From: Candidatus Poribacteria bacterium
GTDB lineage: Bacteria > Poribacteria > WGA-4E > PCPOR2b
Assembly (NCBI GenBank): GCA_965222805.1
Contig: CBDCUX010000005.1
Coordinates: 2,978,777 to 3,042,776 of the forward strand
DNA length: 64,000 nt
Direction of reading: 5' to 3'
Below the pieces are notes generated by a model that was given only the letters and a program-made list of their open reading frames with translations, did not search any database and was not told the origin of the DNA. Position numbers and translations under genes: made by a program. Positions within the stretch are counted from its first letter, which is position 1. Every line of letters begins with the position of its first letter. Positions 17,918-27,468 of this stretch are shown piece by piece.

Positions 17918-18670
17918 ATGAAATTTGTTCGATACTTATCTGATGGGAACGTAAGTTACGGAACACTTTCGGACAACACGATCAACGAATTAGATGGCGA
18001 TCCGATCAGTGGATATAGTGAAACCGGGAATACAGTCGCACTGGGGGCAGTAAAACTACTTGCGCCGGTCACACCGGGGAAAGTCTTAGCGGTTGGACTG
18101 AACTATAGGAGCCATCTCGACGGCGCGCCGGAGCCCGCGAATCCAGAGATTTTCATCAAGACACCGACTTGCCTAAACGATCCGGAGGAAGACATTGTGC
18201 TGCCCGCTGGCGACGATAACGTTCACGCGGAAGGCGAATTGGTTGTGGTCATCAAGAACCGCACCAAAGGAGCAACCCCGGAAGAAGCTGCAGCAAATAT
18301 CTTGGGTGTTACCTGCGGCAACGATGTGAGTGCTCGAACATGGCAAAGCAACGACATGCAGTGGTGGCGTGCAAAAGCCTCCGATACGTTTGGGCCCGTC
18401 GGTCCTGCCGTTGTGACCGGTCTCAACTACAATGCGCTCCAATTAGAAACCCGAATCAACGGTGAGGTTGTGCAGTCGCAGACCACCGGCGATCTGATTT
18501 TCCCGGTAGAGGCAATTGTCAGTTTCGTTTCGCAGGCAATGACGCTTGAACCGGGGGATGTTATCTTCACCGGAACCCCCGGCACAACATCAGCTTTAAG
18601 GGCGGGGGATGTGGTCGAGGTAGAGCTTGAGGGGATTGGTATCCTGAAAAACAGTGTCGTTGATGCGTAA
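17918..18670 (+). CDS. Fumarylacetoacetate hydrolase (FAH) family protein
   Basis: 250 aa. FAH-family blocks GLNYRSH, E..VVI, GTP.G. Confidence 0.7.
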   Translation: MKFVRYLSDGNVSYGTLSDNTINELDGDPISGYSETGNTVALGAVKLLAPVTPGKVLAVGLNYRSHLDGAPEPANPEIFIKTPTCLNDPEEDIVLPAGDDNVHAEGELVVVIKNRTKGATPEEAAANILGVTCGNDVSARTWQSNDMQWWRAKASDTFGPVGPAVVTGLNYNALQLETRINGEVVQSQTTGDLIFPVEAIVSFVSQAMTLEPGDVIFTGTPGTTSALRAGDVVEVELEGIGILKNSVVDA

Positions 18671-18776
18671 CGCAGCATATACGGGGCAACCAAAGAAGAT
18701 AAGCGAACCAAGTTGTATATTCCTGTAATCGCAGCGGACCTGCCAACTCCATTTCAGGGGTTGAGCAGCACCAATT

Positions 18777-19313
18777 ATGAACGACCTGAATTCAGCAAAT
18801 TCTTATTTTACTTTTCAGGACGATTTTGTCCCGGTGAAGATACTCGCTGGCAACCATATTTTTGAGCGGCTTGCGCCGCAGCGGACGGGTATCATCTTTG
18901 GGGTAACAGAGCTGCCGTGGGCTGTGGCTGCTTATCGGATTGATGGGCTCATTGTACAGCTAGAACCCAATCTAGACGAAGTGGACGCAATCGCTCTCGA
19001 AGATTCAGGGAAAGCACGACTTATCCGTGATAATGCAGTCATTTATGAGCTGGATTACATCATCCCGCCAGATATTACGGGACTGCACTCCAATTTCTTC
19101 TACCGTTGCCCCGAATGCAATGGGCATATCTACGAATGCACCCATCTCCGAATCGGTACTCACAATCCGCATGAACCGCCGTCCTTACCGTCTGTCGTTT
19201 CGGAGTTAACAGACTGCCCCACCTGTGGCGGCAAGATTCAGAACCTCGCATTGGGAGTGAGTTTTTGCCTCGACTGCGATTGGGAGCACGGCTTGGAACC
19301 GATTACCCGGTAA
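18777..19313 (+). CDS. Hypothetical protein with C-terminal zinc-ribbon motifs
   Basis: CPECNGH..C and CPTCGG..CLDC cysteine pairs. Confidence 0.45.
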   Translation: MNDLNSANSYFTFQDDFVPVKILAGNHIFERLAPQRTGIIFGVTELPWAVAAYRIDGLIVQLEPNLDEVDAIALEDSGKARLIRDNAVIYELDYIIPPDITGLHSNFFYRCPECNGHIYECTHLRIGTHNPHEPPSLPSVVSELTDCPTCGGKIQNLALGVSFCLDCDWEHGLEPITR

Positions 19314-19361
19314 GGCAAAATGACTGATAATCAGCTTTTGAAACGGAGGACACCATCGGTT

Positions 19362-20453
19362 ATGAAAATCACCCGCATCAAACTCTATATCGTCAATGTA
19401 CCTGAACGAAAATGGTGGTGGTCTGACGACTTTTACGGTCAGCCAACACATCAGCGATCGGAGCACGGCATCGCGGAAGTCGAAACCACTGAAGGATTGA
19501 CAGGTCTCACCCAGATAGGGCGTGGTACGCCAATGGCAACGATAGAGGAAACGTTAAACGGCTGGTTGGGACAGGATGTGCTAGGGATTAATCTTGCCAC
19601 CCCGACACCGCCAATGGTGGACGCGTTTGAACAGGCGATACTCGATCTGCGCGGTCAGGCACTCGGCGTTCCGATTTGGAGTTTGCTCGGCGGTAGACTC
19701 CGGGATCGCATCTTTGTCACTCAGTGCACCGGCTACAAGACGCCGGAGCATACAGGGGAAGATGCAGAGTGGGGCTGGGAACACGGCTTTCGCGCCTATA
19801 AGATGAAATGCATTACCAGCAGAGAAACGACGCCAGAGGAACGCATCCGCTATGTCACTGACCGTGTCGAAGCTATCCACAAAGCCCTGCCGGATATGGC
19901 GGTACGCCCCGATATTCGCTGGCGGCTTCAGGAGGTCTGGGTGGCACAAGAACTTGCCCGTCGCCTACAGGGACATCGGATGGAGAGCCTAGAGAGTCCA
20001 ATAACTAAACGCGCGGCAGGCGGCACCTTTTCCGAATGGCGTCGTCTACGGCAAACCATTCACCTACCTGTGGGGGACCACGTCTATAACAACGAAGATC
20101 TTATCCAGCGGTTCCAAGCGGAGGCACTTGATTACGCGATTGTTGGGGGTCAGAGTGCCTTTGAAACAATTAACCACTCACGCCTCGCTCATGAATTGGG
20201 CATGGGCGGCTGGTCACAAACGGTAGCGTACGGACCGGGTGCAGCTATGGGGTTGCATGTGGCTGCGTGCATGCCTCACCTAACTCAGCCTTACGATATG
20301 GTTGGACCTATGGCTTGGGAGGATACTTTGGTCAATGAGGACTTCCCGTTAGAAGATGGGTGTTTTCTGGTGCCGGATCGCCCTGGGTTGGGATATACTC
20401 TGAATCACGATGCAGTTAAAAGGTATTTGGTTACGGAACGAAATTTTGAATAA
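19362..20453 (+). CDS. Enolase-superfamily enzyme (mandelate racemase / muconate lactonizing enzyme family)
   Basis: N-terminal capping domain MKITRIKLYIVNVP plus C-terminal barrel. Start moved to ATG 19362. Overall MR/MLE pattern. Confidence 0.55.
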   Translation: MKITRIKLYIVNVPERKWWWSDDFYGQPTHQRSEHGIAEVETTEGLTGLTQIGRGTPMATIEETLNGWLGQDVLGINLATPTPPMVDAFEQAILDLRGQALGVPIWSLLGGRLRDRIFVTQCTGYKTPEHTGEDAEWGWEHGFRAYKMKCITSRETTPEERIRYVTDRVEAIHKALPDMAVRPDIRWRLQEVWVAQELARRLQGHRMESLESPITKRAAGGTFSEWRRLRQTIHLPVGDHVYNNEDLIQRFQAEALDYAIVGGQSAFETINHSRLAHELGMGGWSQTVAYGPGAAMGLHVAACMPHLTQPYDMVGPMAWEDTLVNEDFPLEDGCFLVPDRPGLGYTLNHDAVKRYLVTERNFE

Positions 20454-20522
20454 ACTATATCTACAACTCACCATCACTGAAAAATAGTATTACCCCAAAC
20501 GGAAGAAGGCAAAGACACATCA

Positions 20523-23500
20523 ATGAAATCTGACGAAAAAACTGAAAGCGGGAATCTCCCGTATTTGCGGCAGCCCTCCCTCTCACCGGATGGGAGTACA
20601 ATTGCTTTCTGTTATGCGGGGGATGTCTGGATTGTCCCTGCAGATGGCGGACAGGCTAACCGCATAACATCTCACTCAAGCAACGATTCGCACCCAATAT
20701 TCTCTCCCGATGGAACACAATTGGCGTTTGCCTCTGAGCGCACAGGCGGCGGAAATATCTATACTATCTCCCTCCAGTCGGATCGTCCGCCGAAACGCTT
20801 GACTTATCACAACGAATCAGTTCCACCCGCTTGTTGGTCCCCGGACGGGCAATGGGTCTACTTCACCTCCGATTATGATGGACTTCGCGGTGCGAGTTAT
20901 AAGGTTCATATTGATGGGGGCACACCAATCCAAATCGCTGGAGATCCGCGCGAAACACACTACAATTTAGCGATCTCTCCTGATGGCAAGACACTGGCTT
21001 TTAACAACAATGGGGGTCCATGGTGGCGGCATGGGCAGCATCCTCCTGGGCATTCCGATATCTGGGTGGTCAGTGAGGCAGTTGGAGCGAACGACCACCA
21101 TCGATTGACGCAATATCTGGGCAAAAATCTGAGACCGATGTGGAACGCTGGTGGCACTGGACTTTATTACCTGAGTGACCGCGATGGTGAGGAGAACATC
21201 TGGCATATGCCGCTAGCAGGTGATGCGGAACCTGAACAGTGTACTCACTTTGCCGATGGGCGGGTGCTGCGCCCCTCCATCTCTGCCGATGGGAATTGGA
21301 TTACTTTTGAACGTGGTTTTCAGATCTGGCGGCTGAATCTTGAAAGCCGAGCGGTTGAGCCGGTAGAGATTATCCTTCAGACTGACGAAAAATCGAATCC
21401 AATCCGGCATCATAGCTATACCTCTGGCATCAACGAATTTGAGCTTGCCCCTGACGGCAAGAAGGTCGCCTTTATTGTTCGCGGCGAGGTCTTCGCAGAT
21501 TTAGCGGACAAAGGGGATAAGATCAAAAAGGGAGGAGATTCGTTCAAGGTTACAGCCACGCCTTCTCGCGAGAGCCAGTTGCAGTGGCACCCGGAAAGCG
21601 AGCGTGTCGTGTACATCTCGGATCGGACAGGGCACAACGAGGTCTTTCAATATCACTTCCAAGAACGGGTGGAAACGCAACTGACAGATTCGCCGGAGCA
21701 GAAGTACACACCAAAGTTCTCGCCCAATGGAAAGTGGCTTGCTTACATTCAAGTTCCATTGCATTCGGATACAACCGGGGTCAAAGACGAAATCTGGCTG
21801 ATGGATACAGAAACGGAGGAGCAACGACCTTTCATTATCGATCAAGCTTTTATAGGTGTGCCCGAACCAACAGAGTTCGAGTGGTCGCCGGATAGCCAAT
21901 GGCTAGCGTTCATTGCAACGGATACTAACTTCTTCAGCAACCTCTATGTCCAACATATCGAATCGGATACCCCTAAGCAACTGACCTTTTTGAGCAACAT
22001 TAGCACAAATGATATCCTTTGGTCTCCCGACGGAAAATTTATCATATTTAACACGGGCCAGTATCGCACTGAGTCACAAATTGCGCGGGTAGACCTAAAG
22101 CCGATTCGACCGGTTTTCAAGGAAGATGATTTTGATCGGCTATTTCAGGTCGAAGCCCCGGGGAACGGAGAGGAAAAGCAGGACAAGTCGCAGCCGCCGG
22201 AAGCTGAGTCCAGCGAAACGGAGGAATCCGATCCAGCGACCGAAGACTCGGACGAATCAGAAAATGAACAGGACGCTGAGAGCAAAAAAGCAAAAGATAA
22301 GAAGCCCGAAAAGAAGATTGAGCCAGTTGAGATTGAGTTTGAAGGGATTAAACATCGACTCCGTTTCCTCACTGACTTCAAACTCAACGCTCGCGCTGAA
22401 AGCATTCGGCCGAACAGCAAGACCCTCATCTTTCGCGGTGTTACAACTGGGCAGCCGAACCTGTGGAGCATGTCCCTTGAGGAGGATAAGCCCGGTGAAC
22501 TCCCCAAGCAATTGACAGGAACTGCGAGTGGAAAAGGTAACGTGCATTTCATACCAAACGGCAAGAAATTTTATTATACTGATGGAGGACGCATCCATTC
22601 CGTGGGGATGGGTGAAGATGGAGCGAAGGAGGGGGAGGCAAAAGCGTTAGATACGAGAGCAGAAGTTGAGGTCAACTTTCATCTCGAAAAGATGCAAGCC
22701 TTCGACGAGGCGTGGCGGTTGATTCGGGATGGATTTTACGACCCACAATTCCACGGTTGTGATTGGGGACAGATACACCAAACGTTTCGTCCGATGGTGC
22801 AAGAAGTGCAAACGCAGGCGGACTTTCGCGAGCTTTTGAATCTCATGGTTGGAGAGTTGAACGCTTCCCACCTCGGTGCCGGCGGCTGGACTGACAACGC
22901 GCCGGATAGCTTTCTCGGTGCGGATTTCGATCGAGAGACATTGGAAAGGGATGGGCACTTCAAGATTTCCGAAATCATCCTTGACTCTCCATTAACGTTT
23001 CCAGAAGAATCCGCACAGGTTGGGGAATATCTGGTTGCTATTGATGGAGATACCCTCCACCGACAGGTCAACCTACCCGAACAGCTTCAGCGAAAACAAG
23101 GAAAACGGGTGATTCTGAAACTCAACGCTACGCCCCAACTTGAGGGTGCCCGAGAAATCATAGTTCAGCCCATTGACAGTGGCCAGCACCGAAACCTCCG
23201 TTACAAGGAATGGGTACGTTGGAATGAGGCGTACGTCCACGAAAAGAGTAGTCAACGGCTTGGATATGTTCACATCCGTGAGATGTCCTACGAAGCCTAC
23301 CTTCGGTTCATTGCCGACCTCGACACTGAAACGCACGATAGCGAAGGGGTTGTGATCGATGTCCGATTTAACCCAGGCGGGCATATCGCGCCGTTCATCC
23401 TTGATGTTTTGCACCGCAGAGCCTACACCCAATCGAATTATCGTGGTTTAATAAGTACGGCCGACACAAACCTCGCAGGCAATCGCATCTTAGAGCAGCC

Positions 23501-23834
23501 TGTTATCCTTATCACCAATGAACATTCTGGGAGCAATGCGGAGATGTTCAGCGAGGGTTTCCAGAAATTGGGACTTGGTAAAGTGGTCGGTATGCCGACA
23601 GCCGGGGCAGTCATCTGGACTTGGGGTTGGGGTTTACTTGATGGCACAGTCTTTCGTTTACCCCGGTTAAGGGTCTCAACCTTGGAAGGCGAAAATACGG
23701 AGGGCACCGCCCGTCCGGTTGACGTTCAGGTTGATCGCCCACTTGGAGAAGCTGCACAGGGCATAGATAGCCAACTCGACGTTGCCGTTGAGCAATTGTT
23801 GGCAGAAATTGCTGGCAATGGCGGGATCACATAG
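20523..23834 (+). CDS. Tricorn protease homolog (TolB-like beta-propellers + PDZ + S41 peptidase domain) with internal acidic low-complexity insertion
   Basis: 1103 aa. Repeated SPDG..IAF propeller blades. C-terminal S41-type region NEHSGSNAEMFSEGF. Architecture and length match tricorn core protease. Acidic segment at about aa 540-600 (SETEESDPATEDSDESENEQDAES). Confidence 0.7.
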   Translation: MKSDEKTESGNLPYLRQPSLSPDGSTIAFCYAGDVWIVPADGGQANRITSHSSNDSHPIFSPDGTQLAFASERTGGGNIYTISLQSDRPPKRLTYHNESVPPACWSPDGQWVYFTSDYDGLRGASYKVHIDGGTPIQIAGDPRETHYNLAISPDGKTLAFNNNGGPWWRHGQHPPGHSDIWVVSEAVGANDHHRLTQYLGKNLRPMWNAGGTGLYYLSDRDGEENIWHMPLAGDAEPEQCTHFADGRVLRPSISADGNWITFERGFQIWRLNLESRAVEPVEIILQTDEKSNPIRHHSYTSGINEFELAPDGKKVAFIVRGEVFADLADKGDKIKKGGDSFKVTATPSRESQLQWHPESERVVYISDRTGHNEVFQYHFQERVETQLTDSPEQKYTPKFSPNGKWLAYIQVPLHSDTTGVKDEIWLMDTETEEQRPFIIDQAFIGVPEPTEFEWSPDSQWLAFIATDTNFFSNLYVQHIESDTPKQLTFLSNISTNDILWSPDGKFIIFNTGQYRTESQIARVDLKPIRPVFKEDDFDRLFQVEAPGNGEEKQDKSQPPEAESSETEESDPATEDSDESENEQDAESKKAKDKKPEKKIEPVEIEFEGIKHRLRFLTDFKLNARAESIRPNSKTLIFRGVTTGQPNLWSMSLEEDKPGELPKQLTGTASGKGNVHFIPNGKKFYYTDGGRIHSVGMGEDGAKEGEAKALDTRAEVEVNFHLEKMQAFDEAWRLIRDGFYDPQFHGCDWGQIHQTFRPMVQEVQTQADFRELLNLMVGELNASHLGAGGWTDNAPDSFLGADFDRETLERDGHFKISEIILDSPLTFPEESAQVGEYLVAIDGDTLHRQVNLPEQLQRKQGKRVILKLNATPQLEGAREIIVQPIDSGQHRNLRYKEWVRWNEAYVHEKSSQRLGYVHIREMSYEAYLRFIADLDTETHDSEGVVIDVRFNPGGHIAPFILDVLHRRAYTQSNYRGLISTADTNLAGNRILEQPVILITNEHSGSNAEMFSEGFQKLGLGKVVGMPTAGAVIWTWGWGLLDGTVFRLPRLRVSTLEGENTEGTARPVDVQVDRPLGEAAQGIDSQLDVAVEQLLAEIAGNGGIT

Positions 23835-23848
23835 GGGGTGCCCGGTAA

Positions 23849-23872
23849 GGAACGCGGGTCCGCGTTCCCTAC
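23849..23872. repeat. REP-like palindrome GGAACGCGGGTCCGCGTTCC followed by CTAC
   Basis: 8-bp perfect stem, located between convergent genes. Confidence 0.6.
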
Positions 23873-23885
23873 TAGTCACACTTTC

Positions 23886-24647
23886 CTACCCAAGTGTCTG
23901 CCAAAAGAGCCGAATTGCAAATGCCGACACAGCGATAACAAGAACAACCCGAATCCACTTATCCCCTTTGGCAACTGCCCAATGACTACCGATCCAAGCA
24001 CCGGTGGCATTACCGACGGCAAGGGTCAATCCAAGAAACCAATTGACGTTTCCACTCTTAATAAAGACAATCAGCGCGATAAAGGTATAAAAAAAGACTA
24101 CAAACAGCTTGATTGCATTGGTGCGAACCAGATCGAAACCGTTCGTCGACGTCAGTGCTGCAATAATGATGAAACCTGCTCCTGCCTGAATAAAGCCACC
24201 GTAAATACCTACGAAAAAGAAGACAAGCATCCCGATGATTTTGCGAAATAGGCTAAGATTTTCAATCCCACTTTGCCATCTTTTGGTTGGATTAAAAAGG
24301 GTCAAAAGTAGCACTGCGAGCATGATGCCAGCGAGAACGCGGTTGAAGATTACTTCATTCATCTCAACAGCAATCTTCGCGCCGAACCACGCCCCGACAA
24401 GCGCGGGCAGGGTGAGGAGCGCACTATAGCCAAAATCAGAAACGCCTTTACGGCGGAATCCGATAATTCCGCTGGCATTCTGTACGAAAACCGCAACTCT
24501 GTTGGTACCGTTTGCTGTTGCCGGAGGTAAACCGAGAAAAATTAGAACAGGAAGGGTGAGTAGTGAACCACCGCCGGCAACGGTGTTGAGGAAGCCGGCG
24601 AAGACACCGGTAACGAGAATTAACGGGATTTCCCAAAGATTTTCCAT
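23886..24647 (-). CDS. Sulfite exporter TauE/SafE family membrane protein
   Basis: 253 aa polytopic membrane protein with duplicated G-rich TauE motifs (VAGGGSLLTLP). Confidence 0.7.
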   Translation of the reverse strand: MENLWEIPLILVTGVFAGFLNTVAGGGSLLTLPVLIFLGLPPATANGTNRVAVFVQNASGIIGFRRKGVSDFGYSALLTLPALVGAWFGAKIAVEMNEVIFNRVLAGIMLAVLLLTLFNPTKRWQSGIENLSLFRKIIGMLVFFFVGIYGGFIQAGAGFIIIAALTSTNGFDLVRTNAIKLFVVFFYTFIALIVFIKSGNVNWFLGLTLAVGNATGAWIGSHWAVAKGDKWIRVVLVIAVSAFAIRLFWQTLG

Positions 24648-24847
24648 GTGTTGCTTTTGTAACTCCTCGTTGGTTGGATTAAGAGACTATAACCACGATT
24701 ATATCAGTTTCCATTCAGTTGATCTAACAAAAAACTGAGGTCCTTGGGCACAAATTACGCAGGTTGACTTATTTGGGGCGAATGTGCTAAATTAAGGAGG
24801 TCTATTCTAGATTCACGCTATTTAGGATGAGCGGATGTAAATCCCGT

Positions 24848-24975
24848 TTATGGTAGATTTCAGAATTAATTAGACACCGTGGACAAGCGAGGTCAGTAAC
24901 CTTGTACGCAGAGTTACGGCACACGGAGTGTGCCTACTACTTTTAATGTCCATTTATTTTTAGAATTCACCATAG
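24848..24975. repeat. MITE family A variant copy (about 128 bp) with internal REP-like module
   Basis: Termini TTTATGGTAGATTTCAGAATTAATTAGACA ... TTTAGAATTCACCATAG match family A. The interior is replaced by GTTACGGCACACGGAGTGTGCCTAC, related to the 35178-35198 REP. It is followed at 24982-25006 by REP GGAACAACGATCGTTGTTCC-CTAC. Confidence 0.7.
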
Positions 24976-25071
24976 AAGCAAGGAACAACGATCGTTGTTC
25001 CCTACAGCCTCCCATCTTATTGGGGCGAATCCCTTGCTAATTGGTTGTTTTAGAAACAGGAGGAGAGATAT

Positions 25072-25542
25072 ATGTTAGCCGTTAAAGAACTGGGCCATGT
25101 GGGGATCTACTGCACCGACCTGCAACGGTCCAAAGATTTTTACACCCGTATTTTGGGACTCACAGTTACCGACGAAGACCCTGACGGTAACATCACCTTC
25201 CTTAGCGCGCAGCCGGATGAGGAACACCATGAAGTGGCTCTCTGTCCGGGCAGGGACGTGGCGCCAGGGGCAAAGGTTATTCAACAAGTATCCTTCATCG
25301 TGGAAGATCTGTCAACCCTGAAGCAGTTTTATCATCGGCTGAAGGAAGAGGAGGTGCGTTTCCGTAGTATTGTCAGCCACGGTATCGCCCTTGCCATTTA
25401 CTGCTACGATCCCGATGACAACGTTGTTGAGATCTATGCAAAGACGCCGTACAAGATAGCGCAGCCGCTCGCTGAGCCGGTCGATCTTGAGTTGTCGGAC
25501 GAGGAGTTGCTCGCCATCGCAGAAGGGGGTAAAAAATCTTAG
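25072..25542 (+). CDS. VOC family protein (glyoxalase/bleomycin-resistance/extradiol dioxygenase fold)
   Basis: 156 aa. N-terminal LGHVGIYCTDLQRSKDFY is typical of VOC. Confidence 0.65.
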   Translation: MLAVKELGHVGIYCTDLQRSKDFYTRILGLTVTDEDPDGNITFLSAQPDEEHHEVALCPGRDVAPGAKVIQQVSFIVEDLSTLKQFYHRLKEEEVRFRSIVSHGIALAIYCYDPDDNVVEIYAKTPYKIAQPLAEPVDLELSDEELLAIAEGGKKS

Positions 25543-25566
25543 TACCGCTACGAAAAGGAGAGTGTC

Positions 25567-26169
25567 ATGAGTTTAGAATATTCGTCGACAATTGCAGGTA
25601 TTGTACAGAAATTAGAAACCCGCGACCCCTTGCCGCCGCTCGCCCCAAGGGAGGAGTGGGACAGCGAACTGACCTATCGGATTAAAAATATTTCACTAGA
25701 GACACTCTTTGATGGTCAATCCATTGAGGATTCAACAATGGGAAACGCTATGCAGAGCGGTTTGCTGCTCTGGAACGATGCGCTTGATGTGTCACACACA
25801 ATCTCGCAGGATATCGAAAGCAAAACGGGCAGCTATTGGCACGGCATTATGCACCGCCGTGAGCGTGACTATGGCAACGCGAAGTACTGGTTTGGTCGCG
25901 TTGGGGTTCATCCCACCTTCCCTGAACTTCGGGAACGAGCGTTAGCACTGCTCCAAGAGCATTCGACTGAATCGGACTCGCTCGCGCATTATGCCGAGGC
26001 AATCGAGAAAGTGGAAGACTGGGAGGCCTTTGGGTTCGTTGACTGGTGTCAGGCTGCAGATGGGGATAGGTCAACGCCGGAAGCCGTGAAAGCGTTTTTA
26101 CAAGCTGTGCAGGTTGAAGAGATTAAACTGTTGCTGAATTACTCCTATCAACACGCACTCGCTCAATAG
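25567..26169 (+). CDS. Hypothetical protein
   Basis: 200-aa ORF co-directional with the VOC gene, 25 bp downstream. No recognisable motif. Confidence 0.5.
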   Translation: MSLEYSSTIAGIVQKLETRDPLPPLAPREEWDSELTYRIKNISLETLFDGQSIEDSTMGNAMQSGLLLWNDALDVSHTISQDIESKTGSYWHGIMHRRERDYGNAKYWFGRVGVHPTFPELRERALALLQEHSTESDSLAHYAEAIEKVEDWEAFGFVDWCQAADGDRSTPEAVKAFLQAVQVEEIKLLLNYSYQHALAQ

Positions 26170-26176
26170 AAGTGAC

Positions 26177-26383
26177 TTATGGTAGATTTCAGAATTAATT
26201 AGACATCCCCAATGCACAGCCAACCCCCTAAATCCCCCAACTCCCCTGACAAGGGGAGAAGATAAGAGGGGAGCTTCTCCCTTGTCTTTCCCCTCTTATC
26301 AGAGGGGTTCAGGGGGACTTTGGAAACTTCGCTAGGGTCGGAGTTATTGGTAAATGTCTACTTATTTTTCTAATTCACCATAG
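26177..26383. repeat. MITE-like element family A copy 3
   Basis: Same termini and core as 3127-3354. Its 5' end (TTATGGTAGATTTCAGAATTAATTAGACA) is identical to the variant copy at 24848. Confidence 0.8.
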
Positions 26384-26436
26384 TTACGCTATGTCATCGA
26401 AATATACCCCAATCAAATCGAACAGGAGGTATTACT

Positions 26437-27447
26437 ATGCGTTCTCACAATGACTTCCGCCGCTACCCCTTACTCATCGTGGTTGGTTGCATACTCACGA
26501 TGTTTTGCATCTCTTCCATCAATGCGGCTTCAATCAAGACCAGCTACAAGTATCAAGAGATTAAGCGGCTCCATAAAATGGTTGCCCAAAACAGTGAACC
26601 GGCAGGGATTAAGATGCTGATTCAGAAATCGCGTGCCTTTATCGCGGAGCATCCAAAATACAAACGGATTGATCAGGTCTACTACATCTTTGGTAATGCA
26701 CTGAACCAAGCAGGAGATACCGAGGAAGCGGCTAAGGCTTATCGACAACTTGTAGAGAATTATCCAAAAGCCACTTATTTCGCTGCTGCTCTGTTAGAGA
26801 TGGGATTAGCCTACGACCGGCTGGGGCAGCATGACAAAGCAGATGCAGCGTATCGTCAATTGGTTGAACACCCAAAATATGGCTCACGCGCGCCTGCGAA
26901 GACGGCGAAGCGGTTACTGGAACTAAAAAAGGAGGATCGTACCGGCGAGATTCATGCAAGATCCTCACCCAGAAATCGAGCGGATGGACTGGTTGGCAAA
27001 AAGGCAATCGCTTTTAACGTGACAGACCTCAACGGCAACGACCTGTCGTTGGAGAAATATCGCGGCGAGGTAATCTTGCTTGATTTCTGGGCGGTTTGGT
27101 GTGGACCGTGCATCGCTGAAATGCCTAACGTGAAACAGGTTTACGAGAAATATAAGGATGCGAACTTCCAAATTATTGGTATTAGCCTCGATCAGCATCG
27201 GAATACACTGGTGCGTTACCTAGAACAGCAGGGGATTACTTGGCCCCAGTTTTTCGATGGAAACGGCTGGCGGAATCAGGTGGCGGAGATGTATGGCATC
27301 AGTGCTATTCCACACACCTACCTCATTGATGGTGAAGGCGTGGTTCGTAAGGCAAATGTGCGAGGGAGAGCCCTTGAACCGGCGGTTGCCGAACTAGTCC
27401 GAGAAAACAACGCGAAATTGAAGGACGCCGATCCTACCGGGAAATAG
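26437..27447 (+). CDS. TlpA-family thiol-disulfide oxidoreductase with N-terminal TPR domain
   Basis: Signal peptide, TPR helices, then a thioredoxin fold with WAVWCGPC active site. Confidence 0.75.
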   Translation: MRSHNDFRRYPLLIVVGCILTMFCISSINAASIKTSYKYQEIKRLHKMVAQNSEPAGIKMLIQKSRAFIAEHPKYKRIDQVYYIFGNALNQAGDTEEAAKAYRQLVENYPKATYFAAALLEMGLAYDRLGQHDKADAAYRQLVEHPKYGSRAPAKTAKRLLELKKEDRTGEIHARSSPRNRADGLVGKKAIAFNVTDLNGNDLSLEKYRGEVILLDFWAVWCGPCIAEMPNVKQVYEKYKDANFQIIGISLDQHRNTLVRYLEQQGITWPQFFDGNGWRNQVAEMYGISAIPHTYLIDGEGVVRKANVRGRALEPAVAELVRENNAKLKDADPTGK

Positions 27448-27468
27448 TGTTAAAGAAAATCATAAATG

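Noticed and set aside
22126-22598. ORFs 22126-22515 plus and 22145-22564/22257-22598 minus
   Set aside because: They overlap the acidic low-complexity insertion of the tricorn-like gene in other frames. The translations are low-complexity (poly Arg/Ser/Lys).
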